Source of the DNA: Octopus vulgaris
Lineage: Eukaryota
Assembly: GCA_951406725.2 (NCBI GenBank)
Contig: OX597822.1
Location: 73,346,001 to 73,410,000 of the forward strand
Direction: 5' to 3'
Length of the DNA stretch: 64,000 bases
Shown here: piece after piece, positions 42,904 to 55,149 of the stretch
Layout of the letters: each line of letters starts with the position of its first letter
Position numbering within the stretch: the first letter of the stretch is position 1
Made by a program: the position numbers and the translations under genes
The notes under the pieces: generated by a model
What the model saw: the letters and a program-made list of their open reading frames with translations, nothing else
The model's database searches: none
What the model was told of the DNA's origin: nothing

Positions 42904-43495
42904 CGTGCAAACATCAACACGCACAGATCACACACACTTACCTAATTTTATATATATTCACATACACACACACACGCACACACACAATTATACACGCACC
43001 AACACATACACATACACGCCAATACACACAACATACGCACCCATACACAAATATATGAATATAGATATACACAGACGTATGCATAGAGTATACGCGTAAA
43101 TATACTTTACATATATCGTACAAACGTACTTATATGGAAAAATACCTACGTATATAAATACGGGCACCAAACAAGCATGCATATGTACATATAGAGATCA
43201 TATGTATACAGATATATAAACATACATATATATATATATATATATATAGTGTACATATAACTAGTTGTTGTATACACAGACAGAGAAAGAGATAAATATA
43301 TAAAAGAGACTACCAGAGATACAGATAAAGACTGTAATCTCGAGACGGAAAGAAATCTGACCATATTAGGATTCTTGTAAGTAATATTGCATATATTTCT
43401 TCTCTCTTTACATTCGTATTTGTTGATGGTTCTTTTATTATTGCCGTTGTTCGTGTTATTGCTGTCGTTTAACCACGGGCCTGACCTGACAGAAC

Positions 43496-43580
<85 letters not shown>

Positions 43581-43619
43581 TATACACACATATATATATA
43601 ATATATATATATGTGTGTG

Positions 43620-43675
<56 letters not shown>

Positions 43676-44609
43676 TATGTTTGTATGTAATTCACAGACA
43701 TTCCATCAATTGTCCCGTAAATCTAATGTTAAGACTGTAAGGGTTGCGCCTGGACGGGTTTCGGCTGCTTTCTCTAACAAGTTATGTGACCCCCGCGATA
43801 ACTGCCTAGTCGATTCGTGGTCGTGGTCTTGGTGGTGCTGCTGCTGCTGCTTGTATCTAGACAGACCCTGGTCAAACCTAACCCAGCCGACCTATGCTCA
43901 AAGATTTTCCCGCCTTTTTTTATCGATCGTTATTTGTGTCCTTCCTTCTATGTAATGACTATAGTTGCTTCATGGAAGTTTAGCTGCTATTTCTAACTCG
44001 TCTTGTGACTGCCTAGGGTGTCTCCTAAATATTGCATACCTATTTGCTATTGTTGTTACACGGGCGAATGAACTTATGATGTTAATGTCGACGACTATGA
44101 TGATGATGATGATGATGATGATGATGTTGATGACAATGACGATGACGACTACGAAAATGGTGGCTGATTAAGATGCTTCGATGGAGAAGACGTACGATCA
44201 AAGGTGTTCCAGCCGTGACCAGCCCGCCTTAAGATTATAGGTGTGATTTAAGAGAAATTTAGTTGCTACTACTCGTAGGACAAGTGCCCACGTGGAAGAA
44301 CCTTTATTGGCTTGCTTCATTATATGTTCACTGTTGTTGTCGTTGTTGCTGTTGTTGTTGTTTTTGCTATTATTGTTTTTGTTGTTGTTGTTACTGCTGC
44401 TACTGTTATTGCTGCCGCCTCTGTTTTTGTTCTTGTTTAGCTTCATGTTAGTCATAACTGAGCAGGCCTATGCTAGAAAACACTTTCCAGTCATTAATAC
44501 GCCATTTTAATGCATATCTATGACAATATTCTCCGATGGGTCCCGGTGTCCTTTTTTTTTTATGAGAACAAGATGTAAATAGCAAACAACTCAGCTCCTT
44601 TTTCTAACA

Positions 44610-44935
44610 GGCTGTGCATGGCTGTGGTTAACAAGCTCAATTTGCAACCCTATAGATTCTGATTCAATCTCACTACACGATACTTTAGCATTATATTATA
44701 GCCCTGAAGTAAGCAATACCTAGTAAATGAATTTTGTAGACGAAAACTGCACGGAATCCGCCGTATATATTCTTTGTGTTTAAGTGTGCATCGCTTGACA
44801 ACTGTTGTTGGCTGTTCTTCAAAAGAGACCGATAGTACTAGACGTAGGAAAATAAGTATTGGAATCACTTTGTCCGATTAAACCCTTCGAGACAGTATCC
44901 CAGCATGGTTGCAATCCAATGATTAAAATAAGTGA
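44610..44935 (+). mobile_element. Old SINE family A copy
   Basis: Degenerate head, body and tail (cccagcatggttgcaatccaatga). Confidence 0.65.
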
Positions 44936-46333
44936 AGGTTAAACGACAGTAACTTAGAGGCTTCAATTTGGATCGATTGAAAAAATTTTTGTATGCGGTC
45001 TCTGAATATCGTCGGGAGTAAAATAAACTGATGTTTTGAAACGAATTCTTGTTTAGATAACAGCAAAGTTTCTTTTTCTGTCTTGCATTCAGCGACAAAG
45101 ACATAGAAATGCATTTGTAGGACGGTCGGGCTGCGATTAAATGAAAATTCTTATATTTTTGCTTGTGTTTAGTGTTTGTAACTTTCCTTCTATCAACGAA
45201 GTTTCTTCCAGCCAACTCACCCTACAAAAAGAAAACTTTTCCTTTCTCTAACGAAGGTCTGAACACACCAGAAAAATATTCTCCAAACGTCATAAGAAAT
45301 ACGAGCTTAAATAGTTCCTTATACTTATACAGTCCATTCACTAGTTTTTCTAAATGCTGTTTTTATTTGTTTATTTGTTTTCTATTTATATGTTTATCTA
45401 TTTTTTATATATTGTACATTGAGTTTGTTTTATCTGTCATTAGCCGAATAACAGGCTTCAATGATTAACCGTGAAAAGCTACCTCAATCCCTACCTCGAT
45501 CGTGAATGCCCTGCACACTTATCTATCAATGTCAAGTAGAGAGATAAATGATGACCAACTACATAAAGCTCTGTAAAGTCGTTTCACGAGCAAATGAGGG
45601 CGCCCCTTCGACGTCACTCAACTTGTTCGAAATAGCAGCCGAATTTCCGTTAACGTACATCCTACACCCTTAGAATGTCATCTTGAATGTACCGTGTCAT
45701 AGAAAAAGACGAGATAAATTGGCACACTTTTTTTCTGTTTCAAGATCAAACAAAAACATTTTGCATCACAGCATAATCAAGTAACAGTTGTGTATTAGTG
45801 ACAACACTATATTTATTGAATGCTGCAAAGCTGTGCATCAATCTATAAATGCTAGTGTTTATCTTTGGACGGATCAGTTTGCTTTAGATATCATTCGTTC
45901 CGAGACATCCTATACTGATTGCCATTCCTTTACAGAAGTAGACCATATCTTCCATTAGTAAATGCCGTCATGAAGTTTCATATGATTAGCAAGTCCGCCT
46001 TTGGACAGACATGTCCTAATACAAATGTTACAAACCTTTTCAGATCAATAAGTGTCTGGGGTTGAGACCAAGTCCGTTTCAAGACGGGTTGTTTGAGCCT
46101 CCGTGTTTCAAATGCCTTACAACTATCGTAAATCACTTCTTTCCAAACCGATTGATTTTCCGTCACTTGTTCCTAGTCTTCAACATCCGCACTAAGAGCC
46201 TTCAGTTGGTTTTTTTTTTCTTATAGAAATGCAAATACACGGAATGGTGACGTCTGGGAAGTTTTTCATCATAGACATGTCCTGAGACCAGGAGATGCGT
46301 TAATGGGGCTTTGATATGTGTCTGTGTACGTTC

Positions 46334-46388
<55 letters not shown>

Positions 46389-46391
<3 letters not shown>

Positions 46392-46773
46392 TCATTTTCA
46401 TCTAGTTTCAGCTCACGAGCTGTGGCCATGCTAGGGCACCGCCATTCGGTGTTGCTACATGATTTTACTTCACGAATGCTTTTTAGCAATTGACATTTGG
46501 TGCATGAGAGAGTTTGATGCATCTGCCGTGAAGTTGGTTCATCTGGGACACCTGACAGGAAAAGGTCCAGCTTTATTTTAAATACATCCGCATCTACCCC
46601 ATGCAGGTCTCTCAGGTCCTTCAGGAGGATATTGAAGAGCTGCGGACCTCTGAAGCCCAGGCTATCGCAGTATCTTGTCCTATATCTTGATGGCAAATTT
46701 GGAGTCCTTGGCACTATGCAGTGGCACCCAGTTCTAGTATTTGTGTAACTCTCGATACCAAAGTTTGGGACAA

Positions 46774-46775
<2 letters not shown>
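46389..46775 (-). mobile_element. 3' end of a CR1/L2-group LINE between (TA)n tracts
   Basis: ORF with DSLGFRGPQLFNILLKDLRDLHGVDADVFKIKLDLFLSGVPDEP; 3' tail ggcggtgccctagcatggccacagctcgtgagctgaaactag. Confidence 0.82.
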
Positions 46776-46813
<38 letters not shown>

Positions 46814-46837
46814 CGTACATATATATATATATATACC

Positions 46838-46974
46838 TTTTATTAAAGCCGAAAGAGTCTTCACAAACTATTACTCAACGTTTCCCGTTATCAGTATGAT
46901 CACAACTATGCGACGAACGGTGACGTGAAACTCTGAGTAATAGTTTATAAAGATTTTTTCGGTTTTAATAAAAA
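46838..46974. repeat. Short palindromic element containing a hammerhead-like motif (46904-46945, plus strand)
   Basis: Arms ttttattaaagccgaaa..aaactattactca / tgagtaatagttt..tttcggttttaataaaa; motif AACTAT-GCGACGA-ACG-gtga-CGT-GAAA-CTCTGAG-TA-ATAGTT. Confidence 0.7.
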
Positions 46975-47346
46975 CTAGCAGTATCGCCCGGCGTTGCTCG
47001 GGTTTGTAAGGGAAATAACTATAAAGCATTTTTAGAGAGTTATAGCCAAAAAATGGGAAAAAAATGATGGTAAATTTTTTTTTTTAGTTAAAAAGGTCGA
47101 GTTGCGTCCCCTAGACAGTCTGTGGTTTGTGTTTCTGATTTTCGACCCCATGTCGAATTTATCGATTTTTTCAGAACTGGGGGAACTTTTCAAAATTTTC
47201 GCTGCGTTAGTTTTGAATTATGACATTGGGCTATGTGTGTGTCAAGTTTCATCAGAATCGGTTGAAAGCCGTGGTCAGGGTGAGGGTACGAGAAAACAGA
47301 CACACAGAAACACACACAGACAAACTGCCGTTTATATATAGAGAGA
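46975..47346 (-). mobile_element. Non-autonomous Helitron
   Basis: Minus strand: A|TCTCTCTATATATAAAC...CCCGAGCAACGCCGGG (hairpin)...CTAG|T; 5' TC, 3' hairpin plus CTAG, A/T target, no TSD. Confidence 0.85.
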
Positions 47347-47513
47347 TGATATTACTCTATCTTTGGTATTAGAGAGCTATTTTCCATCTATTTTGTATTT
47401 ATGTTCTTACTTGTGTGATGTATATACGTATGTATAAGACAGATAGATGTATATACATATATGATAATATAAATAATATATATATTTTTTTTTTTGTTAT
47501 CTTACCGCTTTTA

Positions 47514-47564
<51 letters not shown>

Positions 47565-47621
47565 CAGAGATGCACCTGCATACCAAGTAACCTAATCTGA
47601 GATCGTGTGCTGAAACAAAAA

Positions 47622-47795
47622 CAATTGCAGCGTGGAACGTGTTTATAAGCCATTTAACTTCAACATTTAAATTTAATTTGTCAAAATATTTTCGTTGCTT
47701 TGAGACCGCGATCTGATCACAGACAAAATTTAAGTTGATGTTAATCTAACGGTTTTTGTGTGTGATTAAATGTCTTATAAACACCTTCCACGCTG

Positions 47796-47799
<4 letters not shown>
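47622..47799. repeat. Short palindromic element enclosing a G3:C8 hammerhead-like motif
   Basis: Arms ttgcagcgtggaacgtgtttataagccatttaa / ttaaatgtcttataaacaccttccacgctgcaa. Confidence 0.85.
47677..47727 (-). ncRNA. Minimal hammerhead-like motif with compensated G3:C8 core
   Basis: Minus strand: TTTGTCt-GTGATCA-G-ATCGC..GCAAC-GAAA-ATAT-TT-tGACAAA. Confidence 0.58.
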
Positions 47800-47871
<72 letters not shown>

Positions 47872-48094
47872 ACTGCTATTTCTAAATTTTCGGTATGTGG
47901 TGAAGCAACTTTTTGCTAATCCCTTAATTATATTAATCATTTTTTTAAAAAACGTTTTGTATAAGTTTTTACTGATAATGGGGTTTTTTTCCATTCCGAA
48001 GCTACTTGGTCAAATTTGTTAATTATTAAATTAATATTTTTTACCTTATATCTAATATATATATATATATGAATACACACACACATACACACAA

Positions 48095-48195
<101 letters not shown>

Positions 48196-49149
48196 ACTCT
48201 CGACGATTTCGACGTACGAGGACCTGGAGGTTTAGTACAGATGTTATTACTTGTGTTTGTGTCTCTGATGTGACTTGAATCCAGCTAAAGATTTTCAAGA
48301 TTGTCCACACTCAGGGCAGGACATAGAACTGCCGGGATCGCATTTCCGTATTTTGCCACAGTTGGAATATATACATGAACCACTGTACAGTTTGTTTTCT
48401 TTATATTCAGTGTTGTAGATTACATGATGCATTGTGTGGTCTTTATTGAATTATGTATAAAATACATATTGCATGGTATGTGTATGATAACCAATATATG
48501 ATGTATAATTACTTTTCTTAAACCTTTTGCTTCCTGTCAAGCATGGTCCATTGACGACATTTTCCCCTCTGTTCTCGAATCTGAGCTGTCTTTTCCCTGA
48601 GAAAAGATCTCCCAGTTTTTGTCGGTTGGGTATTGTCGTTGATGCTTCTGTAACATTGCTTTCTTTTAGATAGAGATAATGGCTTTATGCAAACTCAGTT
48701 TAACCTCTAGAAAGAGGTGTCTGTATTAGCATTGCCTCTATTCTTTCACTTGTTCAGTATCAGAGGCCCTACCAGAAGCTTGTGCTTCGTTGCAAATTTC
48801 ACGGGGTTATTGAAGCACACATCCCGCCAAACTGCAACAAGGTTTAGATCTTGTGATGGAATATAGTGTATGCTTTATAGCTTAACTAGGGTTTCTTGCG
48901 TCTTGTATATGAACTGTTGTTGATCTACATGCATCATTGTATATTGCATAGCGTAGTATACATTCTGTTCTATACGTTTGTTGTATAGTATTAAGTACTT
49001 ATGGAAGACACTCGTTATGTATTAACTAAAGCCCTTTTCTGTAGTCAGCTTAATTCTGGTGCCAAGGACCACTGCTCCATTATAAGGACACTCTCTAAAG
49101 ACTTGCATGAAAACGTGAAAGATAAACCTGAAGACATGTCAATGGGAAT

Positions 49150-49400
49150 CACTGAATAGCTCTTACTACCATACTATCTCCGACTTTGAAGCAGCCACGA
49201 TCGACACACTGAAGGAGAAAAGAGACCAGCGTCTCTTCTAAATGACGGAGACCACTTCTGCAACATCTGAAGCCGGATTTGCAAATCCCAGATTGACCTG
49301 ATTTCTTGTATGAGACGTCACGGCAAAACATCGCGCTAAGAACACCGTGAAGCTATGTCTGTCTGAACTCTCATAGGTCGAAGCGACGAAATGGTCTCGG
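49150..49400 (-). mobile_element. Highly decayed L1/Tx1-like C-terminal fragment
   Basis: CCRSGLRHLEETLVSFLLQC resembles CxxC..ETxxHxLxxC. Confidence 0.35.
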
Positions 49401-49919
49401 AGCATTCATGATAATAAGTAATGTGTCTTTTTTTTTTATGAAGGCGCATAAACAATTGGGTAAAGACGTCGAGCTCACAATCCTAAAGTCGTATGTTCGA
49501 TTCCTGGACTGCGTTAAATGCTGTTACACTTAGCTGAAATAATTGCCAGCTGTGTGCTGATGCATTTCCCTAACCCTTCAGCTGTCACATCCTGAATCAA
49601 GGATGGAAGAACCAAGAGGATGCCTGTGTATTCTATGTATGTTCGCGGCTGCATACTTACTTAAAGCAACTAGCGTATATGCTGCCATGACATACTTGCT
49701 TGCGAGCGACGGTTATACTCTTCTGTTTTATTGTTTCTGATTTAAGCACAATGACAGCAGTTTTAAGGGAAGGAGGTTTGTAAATACCATTGATTCCATT
49801 AGTTGACTGGTACTTCATTCCATCGACCCTCGATGAAAGAAAAAGCTAAACTCGGAAGAAACACTGCAATATAGTTCTCCGCCATATTGTGCTTTATATA
49901 GTGAAGTGTGTACATTATA

Positions 49920-50072
49920 CTGTTGTGTCTGGGGAGAGTCATTTTCTTTTTGCTCCTTATAATGTAACACACTCACCGGTAAAATTTCCACTTATTCCTT
50001 ATTTTTACTTTCCTAAACTTTTTGTGGCGTCTTGCATCCTTTTCAATAGTCTTGTCTCCCCAGACACAACAG
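49920..50072. repeat. Short element with 18-bp terminal inverted arms and a decayed U3:A8 hammerhead-like motif (50012-50049, minus strand)
   Basis: ctgttgtgtctggggaga / tctccccagacacaacag; minus strand CTA-TTGAAAA-G-GATGC-aagac-GCCAC-aAAA-AG-TT-TAG. Confidence 0.55.
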
Positions 50073-50154
50073 AATATGCTTCAACACACGAACTCACAAA
50101 AAGAATCTTACAAACCAAATCCCAAAACGAAATAGGGTACATTATATTTATCTG

Positions 50155-50510
50155 AATAAGACGCTTGGGCGCAGCTGTTTGGGTACAGGTGATTTGGCAC
50201 GACTAACTGAACAGTAAATCTGTTCCGGCAGCGGTAGGTTTTGGCACTGGAGGTAAATACCGGTGCGCGCATACACATAGAGATGGGGAGATAGAGGGAG
50301 AGAGACATTAAAATTCGTTAATTGGACAGGATATATGTAAACACTTTTCCTCTCTTCATGCACATATAATGAAATATACTCACATACATAAGCAGAGAGA
50401 GGGCGCGGAAGAGAACGAAACATTAAAACGAATGATGTCAAATAAGTCGGCGTCGAATCAGTGATGCCAAATAGGCGGCGCCAAAACGAGTGTGCCTAAA
50501 GGTCTCACAC
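50155..50510. mobile_element. Decayed MITE-like DNA element with sub-repeated termini
   Basis: ttgggcgc/tttggcac repeats on the left, gcgccaaa/tgccaaa repeats on the right. Confidence 0.4.
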
Positions 50511-51641
50511 CAATATTGTATTGGGAATATTTGGAGAGTGGTATGAAGAATTTTACATTGCAGAATGCAGTTAATCTTATATTATGTATTATATCTTATG
50601 TTGTATGTCTTTGATGCTGTTCAGTCACAGCTTCGCCTTTCTTCAAGTACACACACGATCAATGACGTTCCAGGAAATTTGGTTGTTGTTTCTTGCAAGT
50701 TAAGAAACCATACAGAGGTTCTGCTGTAGCCTCGTGTGCTATAAGTTATTGCTAGTGTGCTATTGCAACTGTTGTTGTTTGTTGTTGTTGTTGTTCTTCA
50801 GACCTAGGTCAGTCCACATTGACCTAGTTAGACCAATGTACAAATGTGTTATTTCTAGCCAATGTGCCCTCATTTTTTATGACTCACTGTGGCGAGCAAG
50901 CGATTTGAGAGGCTCTGGCAGTTATTTCTAGCAGGCCTACATTAAGCAATGTATCGTATGTGTGTGTGTTTGTTTCTCATTCAGTCTTATCCAATATCTG
51001 CTTTCCTAAGATGATGATGGGTGTTTTGAGAGAGAGATTTGGTTACCACTTCTAGCAAATTGGTTGGCCGCGTAAAGGCATGCGGTGATGGCATAAGGTT
51101 TCGATTTTCCTAACTTCCACTACTTAATGATAGAATGATTAATGTGAAGTAGGGTCTGTGGAAAAGAGGTGGTTGAGAGGTGTAGAAGACCATAAGAGTA
51201 GCAGAGTGGAAAGGGAAGATAGAGAAAGAAGAAAATAGAAAGCAAGAAGAAAGGGGAAGTAGTTAGGGAAAAGGACGATCTGTGAATAGTTGGAATAGCT
51301 GTGCTTGTTCTTTTATTATTCTTAATATAACCGTGACCATCCACACCTACACACTGCTGACTATTTGCAGGAGGCAACGTGGCGAGGTCCTTCCGCATGG
51401 TCGATCGACCTGCTAGAAATAGTAGCCTAATCTTCTTCACACTACACGCCCTTAGATGAAAAAGCATAGAATAATGCAGACCACATGTACTCTTTCTTTC
51501 TATATTTTCTTTCTCGATTCATAAGGGCGGTTACCGGGTTTCCAAGATGTAAAAGTGATAGAGATTCCATTTTCCCCGGAACGGAACGCCAGTCCATTGT
51601 GGGGTTCAAAGTCATCAATATTAACCCGTCATCAATATTAA

Positions 51642-51870
51642 CAAGGCGGCGAGCTGGCAGAAACGTTAGCACACCGGGCGAAATTCTTAGCGGTATTTCG
51701 TCTGCCGCTACGTTCTGAGTTCAAATTCCGCCGAGGTCGACTTTGCCTTTCATCCTTTCGGGGTCGATTAAATAAGTACCAGTTACTGGGGTCGATATAA
51801 TCGACTTAATCCGTTTGTCAGTCCTTGTTTGTCCCCTCTATGTTTAGCCCCTTGTGGGCAATAAAGAATT
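51642..51870 (+). mobile_element. SINE family B, full length
   Basis: Flanked by duplicated aatattaac(ccgtc). Confidence 0.93.
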
Positions 51871-51940
51871 AAATATTAACCCGTCGTGGGCCGGCAGGGT
51901 TGGAATTACGTAAAAAGCCATTTTGTTTTTGCGCATTTCC

Positions 51941-52174
51941 TATTTCTTTATTGCCTACAAGGGGCTAAAGACAGAAAGGACAAACAAGGATAGTCAAACG
52001 GATTAAGTCGGTTATATCGACCCTAGGGCGTAACTGGTACTTATTTAATGGATCCCGAAAGGATGAAAGGCAAAGTCGACCTCGGCGGAATTTGAACTCA
52101 GAACGTAGCGGCAGACGAAATACTGCTAAGCACTTCGCCCGGCGTGCTAACGTTTCTGCCAGCTCGCCGCCTTA
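51941..52174 (-). mobile_element. SINE family B, full length
   Basis: Flanked by duplicated ttttgcgcattt. Confidence 0.93.
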
Positions 52175-53339
52175 ATTTTGCGCATTTGCACACTATCCAT
52201 AAAGTAATATTTGTTTAATCTTGTATATATGCGTGAGTGCATGATGCAGAACAAGAAATTTAGCACTTTATATATATATATATTTGTAATTATTATCGTT
52301 TAATGGAGGGGAATTAAAAATATAATTTATTGACTGAAAAAAAAATCTTTATTTAAAGAAATCGGTATTTTTTTTTTTAGTCTTATAAACTATACATATA
52401 GCACTAAATATAAAATAAGACAAAATTATTTGGCTTATCGATTCATACCAGTACAAATACGAAGAAAATTGACTTATAGTCCATCAGAATATCTGAAAAT
52501 GAACAGAAACAAATTTCAGAGAAGGCCAATGGCGCCCAGTTGGACACCAATGACCATATTTTATGCTATAACATTCATATGACTGGAAATTTTAAATTCA
52601 TAACTTGTACGTGCATACATAAACTATTGATAATAAAAGTCATGAGATATAAAATGATTTAGATAAAAAAAAATGTAAAAGTTACGTAACTTTTAAAATT
52701 TTCTGGGGTCCCAAGAGACCCCGCCGGTCCACGAAGGAATAACGGTGGTGAGGCAAGCCGATTACATCTTTCCAGTACTTGACTGCTACTTTTATTTTAT
52801 CGGCTCCGAATGGATAAAAGGCAGAGTAGACCTCGGTAGGATTTCGAACTTGAAATGTAAAGATCCGGAAGAAAGACCACTAAGCATTTTGCCTGACGTG
52901 AGAAATAATCTACTAGTTCACTGTCTTTGGCTCCCTATGTATACGAATGTACATACAGCATAGTCGCGGCTAGAAAGCCTTGGATCAAAAGCTTGCTCGA
53001 TCAGGGACGAACTCTAGTAAAATAACAATTCCGACAATCACTGCTTATTGCAACTATCTACCTATCTTTCTATTTATCTATCTGTCTCTCTACTTGTCCG
53101 TCTGTCTCTCTGTCTATCTGTCTGTCTTTCTATCTATTTAATTATCTATTTATCCATCAATGTATCTTACAATTTACGTGCTTCATTTTTCATCATCTTT
53201 CTTCTTATCCATAACGTTTTCTACCTCCTTACATATCAAAAATAACTATCTCTGTTTGTCTTTATAATCTTCCTTTATATCCATGTATCTTCTCATAAGA
53301 GTATGAGCATATATGAACCGGTAATCCCTACATATCTTT

Positions 53340-53505
53340 TTTCTCACTCCACTTTACCTTTTTTTTTTCTCTCACTCCTTTCTGTCGAAGAGTGTAAGCT
53401 CGAAACGTCAAGGACTTTTCCATTCTTCCCGAGCGTTAACTAATACACCTGCTTGTTGTTCCTACACCTGTCTTCGTATTTTGTTTTCTGTAAAATTTGA
53501 ACTAT
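53340..53505 (+). repeat. Short dispersed repeat with an A6U hammerhead-like motif (about 53376-53414)
   Basis: tccttt-CTGTCGA-A-GAGT-gtaa-GCTC-GAAA-CG-TC-aagga; homolog of 8924-9092; ends in (TA)n. Confidence 0.6.
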
Positions 53506-53519
53506 ATATATATATATAT

Positions 53520-53920
53520 ATAGGAGTGGCTGTATGGTAAAAAGCTTACTTCCCAACCACATGGTTCCAATTTCAGTCCCACCGCGTGTCACCTTGAGCA
53601 AGTGTCTTCTACTATAGCTTCGGACCGACCAAAGCCTTGTGAGTGGATTTGGTAGACAGAAACTGAAAAAAGCCCGTCGTATATATATGTGCGTGTGTAT
53701 GTGTGTGTGTGCGTGCATAGTTTTCTGTTTCTCTGCCACTATCGCTTGGCAATGGATGCTGGTGTGTTTACGTCCCCGTAACTTAGCGGTTCGGCATACG
53801 AGACGATAGAATAAGTACTAGGCTTACAACGGATAAGTTCTAGGGTCGATTTGTTCGACTAAAGGCGGTGCTCCAGCATGGCCACAGTCAAATGACTGAA
53901 AGAAGTAAAAGAATAAAAGA
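53520..53920 (+). mobile_element. SINE family A
   Basis: Colinear with 810-1209. Confidence 0.9.
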
Positions 53921-54918
53921 GAAGAATTTTTAAAATGTGTGTGTATAAATATCGAACAACGGGAATGAGTGCTCAACATCTCATTGGTGGATAAAATTAA
54001 TTTGTGTATTAAGGCTACCATTGGTTTCATGTTAAGGAAAATAACTTAATATCTTAACAATTTTTCAAACCGATCACATGGATATGACTTCAAACTGCAT
54101 CCGTTAGTGGGCTTCTAGTTCGGGTGTTTCAGGATTTTGAGGAGCGTGGAACCCTCTCTTAGTCACTATTGTTTCCAGGTCTATTCGATCCCGGAGTAGT
54201 AACCACTGTCAGGATCCCAGCTATGTGTCAGCTGGCATATCCGATAACAATCTATCTGAGCGCGGAGACACGCTCAGGTGGATTGTCATCTGATCTGAAG
54301 CTCCTGGTTGTTGTCACAGCACCTAGTTAAACTACAGGGAGTGAGTCTCATAATTGTTATTACAGCATTCTTCTGGGAGAAGGACACTCTTATGTAAAAA
54401 ATCTGCGGTTTCACATGATTATTGGTCATCTCTCTTCGGCCTGTCGCTAGGGACTCCTCACGAAGAATCAGAGGGCGGTGGGCATGTTGTACAAGCGTTT
54501 ATTACTATAATCCAGTGGCATACAGATGTTTCTTTATGGTGACTTCATTTGTCGTTCCATCTACTGAAAGTCTTGTGACGATGGAAAATTGGTGACGTGT
54601 TCAGACCTACACATGTGTATGCGCACACATGTATGTATGTATGTATGTATGTATGTATGTATGTATGTATGTATGTATGTATGTATGTATGTATGTATGT
54701 ATGTATGTGTATGTGCAAGCAAACATAGATTTGTACATAAGTTCATAAGTATGCATACAGTCATGTTGGTAATCATGATATGATGAAACTTTGAATTTCA
54801 TAAACTATTTAAGGAGAAGAGAATCTGGAATTTAACTTAAGGAAAACTGAGAATGGGAATCATTGAAATATGCACAGTGACTAAACAATCAATGTCAGTT
54901 TGTTGATAATTTAGTATA

Positions 54919-54971
<53 letters not shown>

Positions 54972-55149
54972 GTAATCCCTATGAAGAGGTATACCCTAAA
55001 GAAGGTCAACTAAGAAAAATACATGTATATATTATTATGATACATTAGCCAATAGCATATTTGGGGAATGCAGAGTTTTTTTAAAATAAACGTAAACAAC
55101 ATAACAATAATTCAGCCTACTTATTTATAATATTAAAGTTGCATTTAAG

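Noticed and set aside
52210-52742. piggyBac-like terminus (ggggtc..gacccc..aagg)
   Set aside because: No TTAA or matching second TIR seen; too weak to call
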